From NCBI GenBank assembly GCA_026770705.1, contig JANJGN010000323.1, positions 434,001 to 498,000 on the forward strand: a stretch of 64,000 bases of DNA, in the 5' to 3' direction. Positions 14,040-27,699 of this stretch are shown piece after piece. The notes under the pieces were generated by a model. It was given only the letters and a program-made list of their open reading frames with translations. It had not been told where the DNA came from and did not search any database. This DNA comes from Isurus oxyrinchus (taxonomy: Eukaryota). Each line of letters begins with the position of its first letter. Position 1 is the stretch's first letter. The translations under genes were made by a program, and so were the position numbers.

Positions 14040-14620
14040 GATTGGATCACGTCCGATCTGTATCTTAACCCCATCCACCCGCCTCGGTTCTGTAACCCTT
14101 AACCCCCGACCCAACAACAATCTCCCAATCTCAGTTTTGAAATTTACAATTGACCCCTCCCAGTCTCGACAGCTTTTTCTGGGGGAGAGAGTTCCAGATT
14201 TCCACCCCCGCTTTGTGTGAAGAAGTGCTTCCTGACATCACCCCCTGAACGGCCTGGCTCCAATGTTAATGTTCTGCTCCCTTGTTCTGAACCCTCCTCA
14301 CCTCACCCTCACCCCCCAGCCCCACCCCCACCCTCACCCCCACCATCCGGGGAAATAGTTTCTCTCTATCGACCCCATCGAATCCTTTAATCATCTTAAA
14401 CCCCTCGATTAGATCACCCCTTAATCTTCGAGACTTCAGGGAACACAAGCCTGGTCTGTGCAACCTGTCCTCGGGATTTAACCCTTTCAGCCCCGGGATC
14501 GTTCTGGTGACTCTGCACAGCACCCCCTCTAAGGACAATATATCCTCCCTGAGGTGCGGTGTTCTGGACTGAACCCAGTGACTCCAGATTGGGTGTGAGG
14601 GGACCTTCATAAAACTGTGC
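14040..14620 (-). mobile_element. CR1 LINE 3' fragment
   Basis: RRLRGDLIEGFKMIKGFD motif of the CR1 ORF2 C-terminus. Confidence 0.8.
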
Positions 14621-15019
14621 CAGACACTTCAAAAATCTCTTCAATTCAACCTTGTAAACGCAGTAGGAAAAATCCTACGGGGCCATTGTATCTTAGCAAC
14701 ATCATAAACTTGGCCAAAAGAATCTCCCTGGTCACTCCTGAGTGTTACTAATATTGTAAACAGAAAGTATACAGCTCCTCCAGTCTCTGAGAAGCAAAAC
14801 TAGGACACTAGAGCACCACCACTGGTAGGAGGCTGTAATTACAGTGTGACATGTTTACATGGGAATGTTCCATTACCAATGACACAGGAATTTAAATAAT
14901 CAGAAGGGCATGTGGCAACAGGAAGTGGTGCCTTGGAGAATGGAATTATTCACTAGAGTACGTATTTAATTTGATAAAAATGTACAGAAATGTCAGGGCA
15001 TTTTAATTGCTTCTTTTTT

Positions 15020-17085
15020 GTATTCATTCACTGACACTGGCTAGGCCAGAATTTATTGCCCATCCCTAATTGTCCTTGAGAATATGGGGGTGAGCTGCCT
15101 TGTTGAGCTGCTGCAGTCCCTGTTGTGTATGTACACCCACAGAACTGTTTGGGAGGGTGTTGCAGGATTCTGACCCAGCGACAGTGAAGGAACGGTGATA
15201 TATTTGCAAGTCAGGATGGTAAGTGACTTGGAGGGGAACTTCCAGGTGGTGGTATTCCCATGTGTCTGCTGCCCTTGTCCTTCTAGATGGTAGTGATCAT
15301 GTGTTTGGAAGGTGCTGTCTAAGGAGGCTTGGTGAATCCCTGCGTTGCATCTTGTAGATGGTACACACACTGCTGCCACTGTGCATCAGTTGTGGAGGGA
15401 GAGAATGTTTGTGGATGGGGTGCAAATCAAGCGGGGCTGCTTTGTCCTGGACGGTGTCGAGCTTCTTGAGTGTTGTTGGAGCTGTACTCATCCAGGCTGC
15501 TGGAGAGTATTCCATCACACTCCTGACCTGTGCCTTGAGGTTGGTGGACAGGCTTTGGGGAGTCAGGAGGCGAGTTACTCACCACAGGATTCCCAGGCTC
15601 TGGCCTGCTCTTATAGTCACAGTTTTTATATGGATAGTCCAGTTCAGTTTCTAGTCAATGGTAACCCCCAGAGTGTTGATAGTGGGGGATTCAGCAATGG
15701 TGATGCTATTTGACATTAAGGGGAGATGGATATATTCTCTCTGGTTGGAGATGGTCATTGCCTGGCACTTGTGTGGCATGAATGTTACTTGCCACTTGTC
15801 AGGCCAAGCCTGGATATTGTCCAGGTCTTGCTGCATTTGGACATAGACTGCTTCAGTATCTGATGAGTCATGAATGATGTTGAACATTGTGCAATCATCA
15901 GCGACCTTCCATAATTCTGACCATCTGATAGAATGAATGTCATTGATGAAGCAGCTGAAGATGGTTGGGCCTAGGACACTACACTGAGCAACTCCTGCAG
16001 TGATGTCCTGGAACTGAGATGACTGACCTCCAACAACCACAACCACCTTCCTTTGTACTTGGTATGAATCCAACGAGTGGAGAGTTTTCCCTGTGACATG
16101 ACATGGCAGATGATGTGTGCTTGGTGCTCCAAATCCACAAGGGAAAATTGGTCATGCTATCACAATAGTTTTGTAATTTGTATTTATTACAAGAAGCGTG
16201 CACTGAATTCAGGAGTAATGAGTTGACCACAACCTTCAGAGATTTAAAAAATTCGATTAAGATATTTATTAACAAAATAAAAGATTTCAAGCACAGACAT
16301 AATACCACAGTTAGTTACAACTAAAATATATTCTCAAATTCCTAATTAACCTGACTCCCAGTTACAGAGCCCGTTTAAGGCAACAGTCCAAAATAAGATT
16401 TTAGATTAAAAACAAATCCAGCGAGTTAACACAGCACACACTTGACACTGGAATTCTAAATGGATTTCTCCAACTTTATTTACTGAACATAACAGACTTA
16501 TGCACAAATGCCTGGAGGCTTCTTCAAGCCTGTTTCACACACTCCTGTTAGATCTTACATGGCCCCCAACATAGCCTTTCATTCTCCTTTATACATGTTT
16601 CTCTCTCTTTGATGTGTAAATTCTTTGGAACTGTACCTTTCCCATAATATAAACTTTCATGTTGCCAATATTGTCAATGAAGTTTGGGTAAAATTTAAAA
16701 AAAAACTCCTTAGCTTTGCTTATTGGGCTTGTCCTAAACAGACCAACATCCCTTTGAAATCTAAACAACCCCTTCACACCTTACATGTTAACACAGCCTC
16801 CATGTGTTCTCATTAGCATTTAAAGTACATTTCTACATCTAGCTTCTTTTGATAATCTCAAACTTGCAGTCTACCTGACTCCAGGTGTAATTAAACCACA
16901 CAGACAGACCCATCTACACTCACACCCATAAACCTAGTTTACAACAAACCAGGAAAATATTAAGCAAATTATTATACTTTCGTACCACCCCTGATTCTCA
17001 TTGACTCCAGTTATGCTCGGGCTCCTAGATGCCACACTCGGTCAAATGCAGCCTTAATGTTAAGGGCAGTCACTCTCACCTCACC
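15020..17085 (-). mobile_element. CR1-group LINE RT fragment interrupted by an insertion
   Basis: AGVAQCSVLGPTIFSCFIND..ADDC RT motifs. The LINE sequence resumes at about 16988. Confidence 0.75.
16092..16987. mobile_element. Solo-LTR-like insertion (TG...CA); partial relative at about 37080-37480
   Basis: AT-rich block of about 0.9 kb that splits the LINE at a C-run. No ORF. Confidence 0.5.
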
Positions 17086-17277
17086 TTGTATTAACAGATG
17101 TAAAATTATACATAACCCATAAGCTTCTCGCAATCTTTTACAGCATGGAAAAAGGTGCAGCATTCAGAAAGCTCACTCAGAACCAATAAAAAAAGTTGAG
17201 CAACATCATATTTGTGTTCATTACTATTTGGCCATGTTGGCTGCACACACCCCACAGCCCCGCTCCCTGTTTCACAC

Positions 17278-17526
17278 TCAGTTTTTCTGGAACCTGATCT
17301 GTGCGTATTCCGTGTCCTCGCTCCTGTGCACAGTCCTGTCACCGCCGGGCAGATTTGAAAAGTTGATGTTGGCGTAGAGAAGCTCGTCGGTATTGTCGGG
17401 GTTCCCATGTCCAACATCGCCTCCCACTGGACCTTCAGAGAGACCCCGGGGAGCTGGGGTCTCCCCCTCACTAGTTGTGTCTCTGGTTGTTTCCCGGGGC
17501 TCAGAAATCAGCAAGTTCTGTTCATC
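17278..17526 (-). pseudogene. Orphan Siglec terminal exon with canonical ITIM (LLYANI) and ITSM-type TEYAQI
   Basis: 249 nt, open, paralog of 52359-52607 including the upstream intron. No upstream minus-strand exons were found in the window. Confidence 0.7.
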
Positions 17527-20500
17527 CTACAGAGAAATGGAAACAGAAGACATCCTCACATCATTTACTGGCACTGATAGGGTTAAATTATTGTGCAGCC
17601 TCATTAGTGTCAGTCGTGTCTCAGTGGGTTTAACCCTTTTTTCACTCTCTTTCTCTGTCTCTCTTTCTCTTTCTCTCTCTTGTCACCCGCCCGAGAGGGC
17701 AGACGGGGGACTCGGTTTAGTGTCTAATATTGGACTAATCTCCAGGCGAGGTTGGCTGGATGGATTATTGACAAGGTCCATTCACCCTGTAAAGAGTTTC
17801 TCTGGTTTGAAATACCCGATCAAACATCGAGTTCTGTGTCTAAACCTTGTGTTGAAAAGACACCTTTCCAGCTCTTCACCTGCCATTAGCTTGTTGAGTC
17901 TTCACATGCTCCGTCTGTCCGTGACCAACCCCTCTTAGCTCATCCTTTCCTTGTCGTACATCGAGCTGTTCATCCTGACGGGTTCCCTCCTTCCCAGTAA
18001 CACTCCAACTCCGACATCAAACTAACTCCCAACACATTGATGAATTGTATGGATTCCAGCGTCAGTTGGTTCTGTCTGAGGCTGTTTCTCTGATCAGGGA
18101 CCGAGCTGTTCTGAACGGACATTGTGTTCAGCAGTTCTTATTGCAGATCAGGCTGTTCAACCAATGCTGCTGTTCACTGAGGTGACTCCGATTCTACATT
18201 CACACATTAATGATCTCATGTCCAGCAGCAAACATCTGAATGAAGCCAGGTTCAAGAAAAATCCCAGCTGCTTGATCCGACAGTTATCTGTTCAGGCATG
18301 GCCCCTTGTTCCAAATAACAAACATTATTTAAAAATAGTCATCACATGAGCCTGGTTAACAAGGAAATGAAACCATGAACAATTTGCAGTAAAGTGAAAC
18401 ATACAAGACTAATCTATTTATATTGAGCTGATGATATAGAATTTTACACGAGGCATGTTGCTGATTTCAAACATCATCTGAATTACGGCAGTTCTGACAG
18501 TGCAGCACTCCCTCAGTACTGACCCTCTGACAGTGCAGCACTCCCTCAGTACTGACACTCTGACAGTGCAGCACGCCCTCAGTACTGACCCTCTGACAGT
18601 GCAGCACTTCCTCAGTACTGACCCTTTGACAGTGCAGCACTCCCCCAGTACTGACCCACTGACAGTGCAGCACTCCCCCAGTACTGACCCACTGACAGTG
18701 CAGCACTCCCTTGGTACTGAATCCAGAGATACAAGGAAGAGACTGAAGAGCTGACGATTCAGCTGAATTAAAAAACAGAGGCAGTTACAGAATCACAACA
18801 AGTTTACAGAGCAGAAGGAGGCTATTCAGCCCCTCGAGCCTGTTGCACAGGAGAGGCCATTCAGCCCCCTCGAGCCTGTTACACAGGAACAGGAAGAGGC
18901 AATTCAACCACATTCTTGATACCAAAGGGGTTACCAGTTTGCTTACGGTGGAAGACAAAGAGTTGGTTTCTCAAATTCACACAAACCAACTCACATTTTG
19001 ACTCACAGAGACACATTCACCCTTTCTAATTAAATACACAGAGGGAGGAGCACAGGAAGAGGTCATTCAGCCCAAGCAGAGCGTGTGGGCAGTTCCTCCC
19101 CAGGCGAGCAGTCGGACAGGTCCTGGGTAAGTAACGGAACGATTGGAATTCACTTCCACCACCAACACCGTCCTTTGTTGATGTTGTGACTTTATAAAGA
19201 CAGATTCCAATGATTGATGCCTTTGAAAGATTTCTACTGATTATTGAGATCTGGGTGTGAGGCTCAAGTCTGTTGTACAGAACATCTTTCTTGCTCAAGT
19301 GATGAGGAAAATGGGATGCCCTGAGCTGGTGAAAGGTGCTATAGAAATGCAAGCCCTTCATTGTTTTTCTTTCTTAAAGCCTTGTAACTCTCTGCAGAAC
19401 ACCTATCATCCCACAGAGAATCAAATTAGTCTGTGAAGTCATTGTCTAAAAGGAGTTCTGATCTCTTGAGATCTGTTGGTCAAGACGTGAGGTCTTATTA
19501 ACTCCTTTCTCTTTCTGAGTTTGAGAGTGAGAAGTGGATGGAATATCTGGGAGTGGACAATGATCGGGAAATCTTACTTCCTCCTGACACTTCTCCAAAG
19601 TAATATCATCATCAGATTTAATGTTAATAATCTCTGTAAAGGATCATTCTTATTGAGCTGTGATTGGGAACCGATTCAGCAGTGAGCCAGTGTACAAACT
19701 CATACCAAGTCCCATTCACCCATCACCCCTGTGCTCACTGATATACACTGATTCTCTGTCTGACAGCAGAATTGGAAGTGATCAGAGATCTCAGAGAGTT
19801 GTAGGGACTGGAGGACGTTACAAATTTAAGCAGAATTGTAGCAGCGAGAGCAGAATCTTAAAATTCAGGTGCTATCGGTTGTTGGTCAGTGAGCGATGGG
19901 GAGTGATGGGTTGAGTAGAGAAGCAAAGATAAAAACTGGGGGATGAAGTCTATCCTGCTGCGAGGTCTCCGATAGCAATGGCCTGAAATTTGTGTCCTTT
20001 GCTGCCTTTATTCAAAATTTCCCATGAAGACAGCACAGCAGCTCCTAGAATAGACAGGCTGTTCAGTGTCACACTTCCTGTCCATTCACACCATGCTAGA
20101 TACTTCAATAAGGGAGCAAGATAACTGATAGAGAGAAGGAAGGTAAAGCTGTCTGTGTGTAAAACTGTCAAATATTCTGAGTTATCATGAGTGTCTCTGA
20201 TCTGCTGCAGAGTTTAAATTTCACAGAATCTGAGCACTTTGCAGCTCAGAGAGAGACCATTGACTCACTGCCTGAAAGGCCGGTGGAAGCAGATTCAACA
20301 GGAACTTTCAGAAGGGGAACTGGATAAATACTTGAAGGGAAATTTGCAGGGATGTGTGAAAGGTGCTGGAGAGGAATTGGGAAAGAGCCAGCACATGCAC
20401 GATGGGTCAAATGAGCTCCTCCTGTGTTGTATCATTCAACAATCAGACAATTTAAGACCCTTGTCAGCAAATCTTCAGAATCCTGCTGAATCACAGATGT

Positions 20501-20777
20501 TTCAGAAGGACAGGGAACAAAAAGTTTCTGGTATCAGCGTTTCATGTGGGGCCCAGTTCAGTTTGAACAAATAAACAACACCATCTTTGAAAGTCATGAA
20601 CCCAACACAGCGGCACCTCCGACACATGCAGAGCTCAGGCTAGAGGCGCTTTGTTAGTGTGTTTCACAGTGTCTGCTGGAGTAGGGTCAGTGCTGAGCTT
20701 GGGGACAAGTCAGTCTACAATGCTGCATCGGAATCAACAATGCAACAATATGGGGTTTGGATCAGAAATAATCCATT

Positions 20778-21045
20778 AGACAATGAGGATCCAAAGAGAT
20801 TCCTTAGACAATGAGGATCCAAAGAGATTCCTTAGACAATGAGGATCCAAAGAGATTCCTCAGACAATGAGGATCCAAAGAGATTCCTCAGACAATGAGT
20901 GTCCAAAGAGATTCCTTAGACAATGATGGTCCAAAGAGATTCCTTAGACAATGAGGGTCCAAAATGATTCCTCAAACAATAAGGATCCAAAGAGATTCCT
21001 CAGACAATGAGGATCCAAAGAGATTCCTTAGACAATGAAGATACA
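20778..21045. repeat. 28-bp tandem repeat (AGACAATGAGGATCCAAAGAGATTCCTT), about 9-10 units; shorter arrays at about 4876-4997 and 58200-58310
   Basis: Head-to-tail units without spacers. Confidence 0.9.
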
Positions 21046-21798
21046 AAGTGCACCAATCAGATTGAACCAGATTAGCCAATCAGCTGTGTTGAAGAGCAGA
21101 CAGGAATGTTAGGCTAATTAGTGATTCATGACGGTGATAATGGGGGGAGTTGTGAGGGCTCCTAATCCATTGTCCTGTCTTGTAAATCAGCACTGAATGG
21201 ATCTCAATTGGTGGGTCTTGTAGAGTCTGTGTTGGGTGGAAGACTGGCTTCACTAAGGGGAAGCGGTAGCAGAGAGTATTGTCACTGGGCTAGTATTCCA
21301 GAGGCCCAGGTTGATGCTCTGGGGCCCTGGGTGTGAATCCTATCACAGCAGATGAATGGGATTAAAAAGCCTGGTTCACTGATCACCTATAGGGAAGGAA
21401 ATCTCCACCCTTACCCAGTCTGGCCTACATGTCACTCCAAACCCACAGCAATACAATTGATTCTTAAATGCCTCTGATGGACATGGGATGGGTAATACAT
21501 GCTGGGCACATCCCATGAACGGATAATTTGAAAAACACATGACTTGGAGACACTGTGTTGGGTGGAAGACTGGCTTCACTAAACAGGGTCCTGAGGACCA
21601 TGAGCCAATGTAGAATGAACTTGTCCACTCCTGTGTCCAGGATTCTCTTCCATCCATTGTGAAACCTTGGCAGATCCCTGTTTGTCCTGTAGATGGTCCA
21701 CACTGCAGCCACTGTGCCCCAGTGATGGAGGGGGTGGATACCGAGTCTAGTGGATCTACAAACCATCCAGAGTTAAATATTGATATTTCTCTCCCCAG

Positions 21799-22167
21799 TT
21801 GGACTGTCACAAGAGTGGAAAGGTGACACTCCACGAGAGGTGACAGCGCAGGAAGATTCGTGTGTACAGATTCCATGTCATTACAGTTATCCATCACATT
21901 TGGAAAGCCGACCATGAGTCGGAGTCTGGTTTAATAACGAGAATCAGATTCCTGGATCTCCCATTGCCTTTCACTCCAAGGACCACAGTCACGAGTTACC
22001 ACGGTTCCACCATCGGACCCGGCTGTCTGGAGACCTGAAAGATGGCGACTGTTCCCTGATTATAAACAACATCAGACGGGAAGATGCAGGACCTTATTTT
22101 TTCAGGATAGAATTTGACAGCAGAAATAGATACAGCTACTATCCTGTAACCCAGCTTCACATTTCTG
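21799..22167 (+). pseudogene. Gene B V-set exon with nonsense codon
   Basis: 369 nt; reads ..HLESRP*VGVWFNNE..YFFRIEFDSRNRYSY. Confidence 0.85.
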
Positions 22168-22567
22168 GTAAGTGCTGTGTTATAATTACTCAACAATTCA
22201 CATTCAACACTCAATGGGAAATAACACAAACTGTGACGTTTACATATTAACACAAAACACAGCTTATTATAACACACTGTCTGATTTTCAATAACCTGCT
22301 GATAGCTTCCAGTTCAGTCCTAAAGCAACCTCTATTACTCACTTTAATATCAATGATTAAATATATTGACTGTGTCCATCAAAGTTATCAGGTTATCCAC
22401 TCTCATCGATCTCTCTAATCCTGTTTAAAATAATTTCCTGATCATTGTAATCTCTCAGTTCTGATATCATCCTTGTAAAAGTGCTTTCTCTTGTGGGACT
22501 GTGATTTCTATTTGAACTGATGCTTCACGTTATATTTCTCTAAAAGGATCCATTTTCTGTCTGTTAG

Positions 22568-22864
22568 ATTTCACAGATAAACCCATGATATTCCCTGCTG
22601 AAATTATTGCAGGAAAGCGTGTGGATGTAAGCTGCACCTTCAACACAACGTGCAATGGAACAGCAGCACCTGTCTTAACCTGGGACACTCCCACTGACGT
22701 ACCTGGATCAGTCTCAAACACTGTAACTCAGCATGGTGTCACTCTGACCTATACTTCTGTTCTGACCCTGATCCCATCACTCAAACACCACGGACACACT
22801 CTCAGCTGCAGAGTGAGATATCCATCTGTTTCATCGGAGCGGACCCTCGTACTAACTGTACAAG
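22568..22864 (+). CDS. Gene B first C2-set exon (open)
   Basis: 297 nt, AG/GT intact, but downstream of a nonsense codon. Confidence 0.7.
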
Positions 22865-23084
22865 GTAAGTATGGACATCCTTCATTATACATTCGCTGGA
22901 ACAGTCTAGATTATGCACAGCAGGATCCCTTAGAAAGGTATTCTGATGAGAACCAGATTATCTGTAGTTTAGGGAAAAACACTGACCAGAAAACAGTCAA
23001 TGACAGTTTCTGAACATTAACACTGGAGCTTTTTTTTCCAGCCAAGAAGCTGACAGAGCAGAGCATCACTCACAATATACTAAC

Positions 23085-23870
23085 CCCCTGACAGTGCAGC
23101 ACTCCCTCAGTACTGACCGCCTGACAGTGCAGCACTCCCTCAGTACTGACCGCCTGACAGTGCAGCACTCCCTCAGTGCTGATCCTCCAACAGTGCAGCA
23201 ATCCCTCAGTACTGACCCTCCAACAGTGCAGAACTCCCTCAGCACTGACCCTCTGACAGTGTAGCACTCCCTCAGTACTGACCCTCTGACAGTGCAGCAC
23301 TCCCTCAGTACTGACCTGCTGAAATTGCAGCTCTCCCTCAGTACTGACCCTCTGACATTGCAGCACTCCCTCAGTACTGACCCTCCAATAATGAAACAAT
23401 CCCTCAGTACTGACTCTCCAACAGTGCAGCACTCCTTCACTGCTGACCCTCCAACTCTGCAGTGCTCCCTCAGGACTGAAAATCCAACATTTCATATCTC
23501 CCTCCTGACCGACCCTCTGAAAATACAGCAGATCCTCGGTCGAGACTTTCAAACAGTGCAGCACTTCCACAGTACTGAATCTCCCCCCCACCCACAGTGC
23601 AGCACTTCCAAAGTACTGAACCTCTGACAGTGCAGCACTCCCTCAGTACTGACCCTCCCACCTGCAGCACTCCCTCAGTACTGACCCTCCCACCTGCAGC
23701 ACTCCCTCAGTACTGACCCTCCCACAGTGCAGCACTCCCTCAGTACTGACCCTCCCACATGCAGCATTCCCTCAGTACTGACCCTCGCACATGCAGCACT
23801 CCCTCAGTACTGACCCTCCCACATGCAGCACTCCCTCAGTACTGACCCTTTGACAGTGCTGCACTACCTC
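23085..23870. repeat. 30-bp minisatellite array
   Basis: Tandem CAGTGCAGCACTCCCTCAGTACTGACCCTC units. Confidence 0.9.
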
Positions 23871-24096
23871 ACTATTGGCTTTAAACTAAATAGAGTGTGG
23901 GGCGAATGTTTCTGGAGAGGGTATATGTACAGTTACAAACCAAAAGGATTTATTAGCATTGCAGGATAGCTGTTTTGGCAACGATACCCAGTGTGTGACA
24001 GGAAGGGACACAGTGTCCAAACATAAAAATACATCAGCAAATAGTGTCAGAGGGGAGGGAATGATAAAAAGACAAAATTAATGGCTCTTTACTTAA

Positions 24097-24760
24097 ATGC
24101 ACATAGTATTTGGAATGTTGGCCTTTATTTCAAAGGGAATGGAGTATAAAAATAGGGAAGTCTTGCTAAAACTATACAAGGCACTAGTTAGACCACACCT
24201 AGAATACTGTGAGCAGTTTTGGTTCCCTTATCTAAGGAAAGATGTACTGGCATTGGAGGCAGTCCAGAGAAGGTTCACTAGGTTGATCCCAGTAATGGAG
24301 GGATTTTCATATGAGGAGAGGTTGAGTAGGATGGGCCTGTACTCATTGGAGTTTAGGAGAATGAGAGCTGACCTTATTGAAACATATAAGATTCTTAGGG
24401 TGCTTGACAGGGTAGATGCTGAGAGGTTGTTTCCCCTTGTGGGAGAGTCTAGGACCAGAGGGCATGATCTCAGAGTAAGGGGTCACCCATTTAAGACAGA
24501 GATGAGGAGTTTCTTCTCTCAGAGGGTAGTGAATGTGTGGAATTCTTTACTGCAGAAAGCTGCAGAGGCTGGGTCATTAATTATATTCAAGGCTGAGATA
24601 CACAGTTTTTTAATCAGTCAGGGAATCAAAGGCTATGGGGAAGAGGCAGGAAAGTGGAGTTGAGGATTGTCAGATCAGCCATGGTGTCATTGAATGGCGG
24701 AGCAGAGTTGATTGGCCGAATGGCCTCCTTCTGCTCTGACGTCTTGTGGCTTATGGTCTT
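24097..24760 (+). mobile_element. CR1 LINE 3' end (ORF2 C-terminus and 3' UTR)
   Basis: LYKALVRPHLEYC..QRRFTRLIP..RRMRADLIETYKI..FFSQRVVNVWNSL. Confidence 0.9.
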
Positions 24761-25315
24761 ATCACCCTCCAACAGTGCAGAGCTCCCTAATTACTGACCC
24801 TCCGACAGTGCAGCACTCTTCCAGTACTGACCCTCCGACAGTGCAGCATTCCCTCAGTACTGACCCTCCAACAGTGCAGAGATCCCTAATTACTGACGCT
24901 CCGACAATGCAGCACTCTTCCAGTACTGACCCTCCGACAGTGCAGCATTCCCTCAGTACTGACCCTCCAACAGTGCAGCACTGCCTCAATACTGACCCTC
25001 CAACAGTGCAGCACTCCCTCAGTGCTGACCCTCCGACAGTGAAGTACTCGCTCAGTACTGACTATGCGGCAGTGAAGCTTTCACAGTACCCACCCACCAT
25101 CAGTACAGCAGGTCCTCAGTACTCACCCTCCAACAGGGCAGCACTCCCTCAGTACTGACCCTCCAACAGTGCAGCACTCCCTCAGTACTGAACTGAAGAG
25201 TCTGCCTGAATTATGTGCTTTGTGGTGAAGGATTGATATTACACCTTTAACATTGTCAGGGTCTCTGAAAGTGCTTCACAGTCAATGTAAGTAACTGATC
25301 TTTATTTGTTTTTAG

Positions 25316-25583
25316 ATGCACCACAGAATCTCTCAATTACTTTTCATGATATGATTAACACTTCATGGATCAATATAATTGAGGGGAATTCTGCAGTGAT
25401 AATCTGCTCTGTCAAGAGCTTCCCAGCTTCTAACCTGACGTGGCGACATCTTAATGTCCCAATGAACAGAACAAGTTCCAACAATGAGCTGTGGTTGGTG
25501 ATTCCTCACCTTACATCCAGGGACACTGGAGACTATCAGTGTGTGGCAGAGAATGAACATGGAGCAGTGGAGGGGTTCATAAA
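25316..25583 (+). pseudogene. Gene B D3-type exon, donor deleted
   Basis: DAPQNLSI..YQCVAENEHGAVEGFI then diverges. The inverted paralog near 8625 keeps the GTGAG donor. Confidence 0.75.
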
Positions 25584-25589
25584 CATTCT

Positions 25590-26590
25590 GTTTTTATTAG
25601 CTCATGGGATGTGGGTAGTGTTGACAAGACCAGAAATCATTGCCCATCTGTAACTGCCCCTTGAGAAGGTGGTGGTGAGCTGCCTTCTTTAACCACTGCA
25701 GTCCATGTGGTGTAGGCACACCCACAGTGCTGTTAGGGAGGGAGTTCCAGGATTTTGACCCAGCGACGGTGAAGGAACGGCCGATATATTTCCAAGTCCC
25801 AGGGCAGACCACCACCTCAAGTTCACTTGCAAATCACACACCTCACTGACTTGGAACTGTCTTGGTGGAAGAGGTTAAGAGTTTGGAAGGTGCTGTCGAA
25901 GGAGCCTTGGTGAGTTGCTGCAGTGCATCTTGTAGATGGTGCACATTGCTGCCATTGTGTGCCAGTGGTGGAGGGTATGAATGTTTATGCTGGTGGATGG
26001 GCTGTCAATCAAACAAGCTGCTCCTGGATGGTGTCGAGCTTCTTGAGTGTTGTTGGAGCTGCACTTATCCAGCCAAGTGGAGATTATTCCATCACACTCC
26101 TGACTTGTGCCTTGTCCGATGGTGGACAGGCTTTGGGGAACCGCAGAGTTCCCAGCCTCTTACCCGCATTTGTAGCCACACTATTTCCTGTTGCCGGGAT
26201 GTTGCCAGGGCCAATAGCCTTTGCTGTATCCAGTATCATCAGCTGATTCCTGATGTCACGTGGAGTCAATTGAATTGTCTGAAAGCTGACATCTGTGATG
26301 CTGGGACCCTCTGGAGGAGGCCGAGATGGAGCATCCACTCAGCACTTCTGGCTGAACATGGTTGCCAATGCTTCAGCCTTGTCGTTTGCACTGATGTGCT
26401 GAGTTCCCCCATCATTAAGGATGGGGATATTTGTGGAGCATCCTCCTCCTGTTAGATCTTTAATTGTCCATCACCATTCATGACTGGATGTGGCAGGTAT
26501 GCAGAGCTGAGATCTGACCCGTTGGTTGTGGGATCGCTTTGCTCTGTCTATAGCATGTTGTTTCCGCTGTTTGGCGTGTATGTAGTCCTG
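25590..26590 (-). mobile_element. Degenerate CR1-group LINE fragment
   Basis: Reverse complement of 7590-8600. Confidence 0.65.
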
Positions 26591-26809
26591 TGTGTCACCT
26601 CAGCAGCTTGGCACCTCTGTTATATGTGAATCCTCCTTATAGAAACCTGCATGTACATGGATATTATCAATAAATATTACATAGCTATATGTTATTTGTA
26701 TAGACCTTTCATGCATAGACAATATCACTTCACAAGTTCAGAATTACTACATGTACATAGGGAACCATTCTCAAACTGTACCGGAGTCATTCATTGGCTG
26801 ATTTTACAG

Positions 26810-26906
26810 GGCGAGATTCCAATGAATGGAAAGCAGGATTGCTTGGAGCTGGAATCTGTTTGAGTGTTGGACTGAGTGGATTCTTCATCTTCAAGTGTGT
26901 GAGAAA
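26810..26906 (+). CDS. Type-B transmembrane exon (RDSNEWKAGLLGAGICLSVGLSGFFIFKCVRK)
   Basis: 97 nt, phase 1-2, homologous to 50225-50321. Confidence 0.75.
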
Positions 26907-27614
26907 GTAAGTGTGAAGCTTTAATTGGTTGTTTTTGAACATGTTTTCTTCAACGTTCTCTCCTTATAGAAAGAACTTGCATTTCTATAGCAACTTTTCC
27001 AACCCAAAACCCTTCACAGCCCCTGAAGAGCTTTGATGTTCACTCATTGTTTAACATCTCATCCAACATTCACTGTTTCACAACTCAGTCCTGTAACTGA
27101 CAGTGTTGACCCGGACCATAAAATACCTTGTGACTTCCTGAGGTTGTGAAAGCTGCTATACAAATGAAAACCTTCCTTTTGTTAGTGAATGCAATCTCTT
27201 TCCATTTTGCATGTTTCATTCACTCTCTCTTATCTCCACTAATGCTGGCCTTCTCATTCTCTCTCTCTCTCATTCACTCTCTCTCCAATCTCCACTAATG
27301 CTCTCCTTCTCATTCTCTCTCTCATCCTCTTACACGTTGTTCAGTATCTCACATTTTTAAGGAGTGCTGAGCAACATCTGCTCCTTCAGAAGATCCACCT
27401 CAACACCTGGAGTGAGCAGTGAAATGAAACTTGCTCAACGACTGTTCAGCTTTACACAGGAATCACGTCACAGAGTCAGGACACAAAGGGTTAACAGTTT
27501 GCTTACAACACAACACTAAGGCCCTACATTTCAATGAAAGGGTTTTCACAATTGTTCCCCAATTCCTGATTTGACTCACAGTGACACATCAACCCTTTCT
27601 CATTAAATACACAG

Positions 27615-27699
27615 AGGGAGCAGCACAGGAAGAGGTCATTCACCCCAAGCAGAGCGTGTGGGCAGTTCCTCCCCAGGCGAGCAGTCGGACAGGTCCTGG
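27615..27699 (+). CDS. Type-B cytoplasmic exon 1 (GSSTGRGHSPQAERVGSSSPGEQSDRSW)
   Basis: ACACAG acceptor, GTAAGT donor, phase 2-0, open. Bridges the TM exon to the phase-0 tail exons. Confidence 0.6.

Noticed and set aside
20239-20574. 111-aa ORF conserved at 57662-57997
   Set aside because: Non-ATG start, partly CR1 3'-end derived; the identity reflects recent segmental duplication of an intron.
20778-21045. 28-bp repeat array resembling CRISPR repeats
   Set aside because: No unique spacers, no cas genes, and the context is a vertebrate intron.
26810-26906. Classical DAP12-pairing charged TM
   Set aside because: The two Lys residues sit at the edges of the hydrophobic span rather than centrally, so it is not asserted as an adaptor-binding TM.
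27361-27410. Possible small exon TTTAAG|GAGTGCTG..GGA|GTGAGC after the type-B TM
   Set aside because: Its end phase does not match the phase-0 tail exons, whereas 27615-27699 fits exactly.
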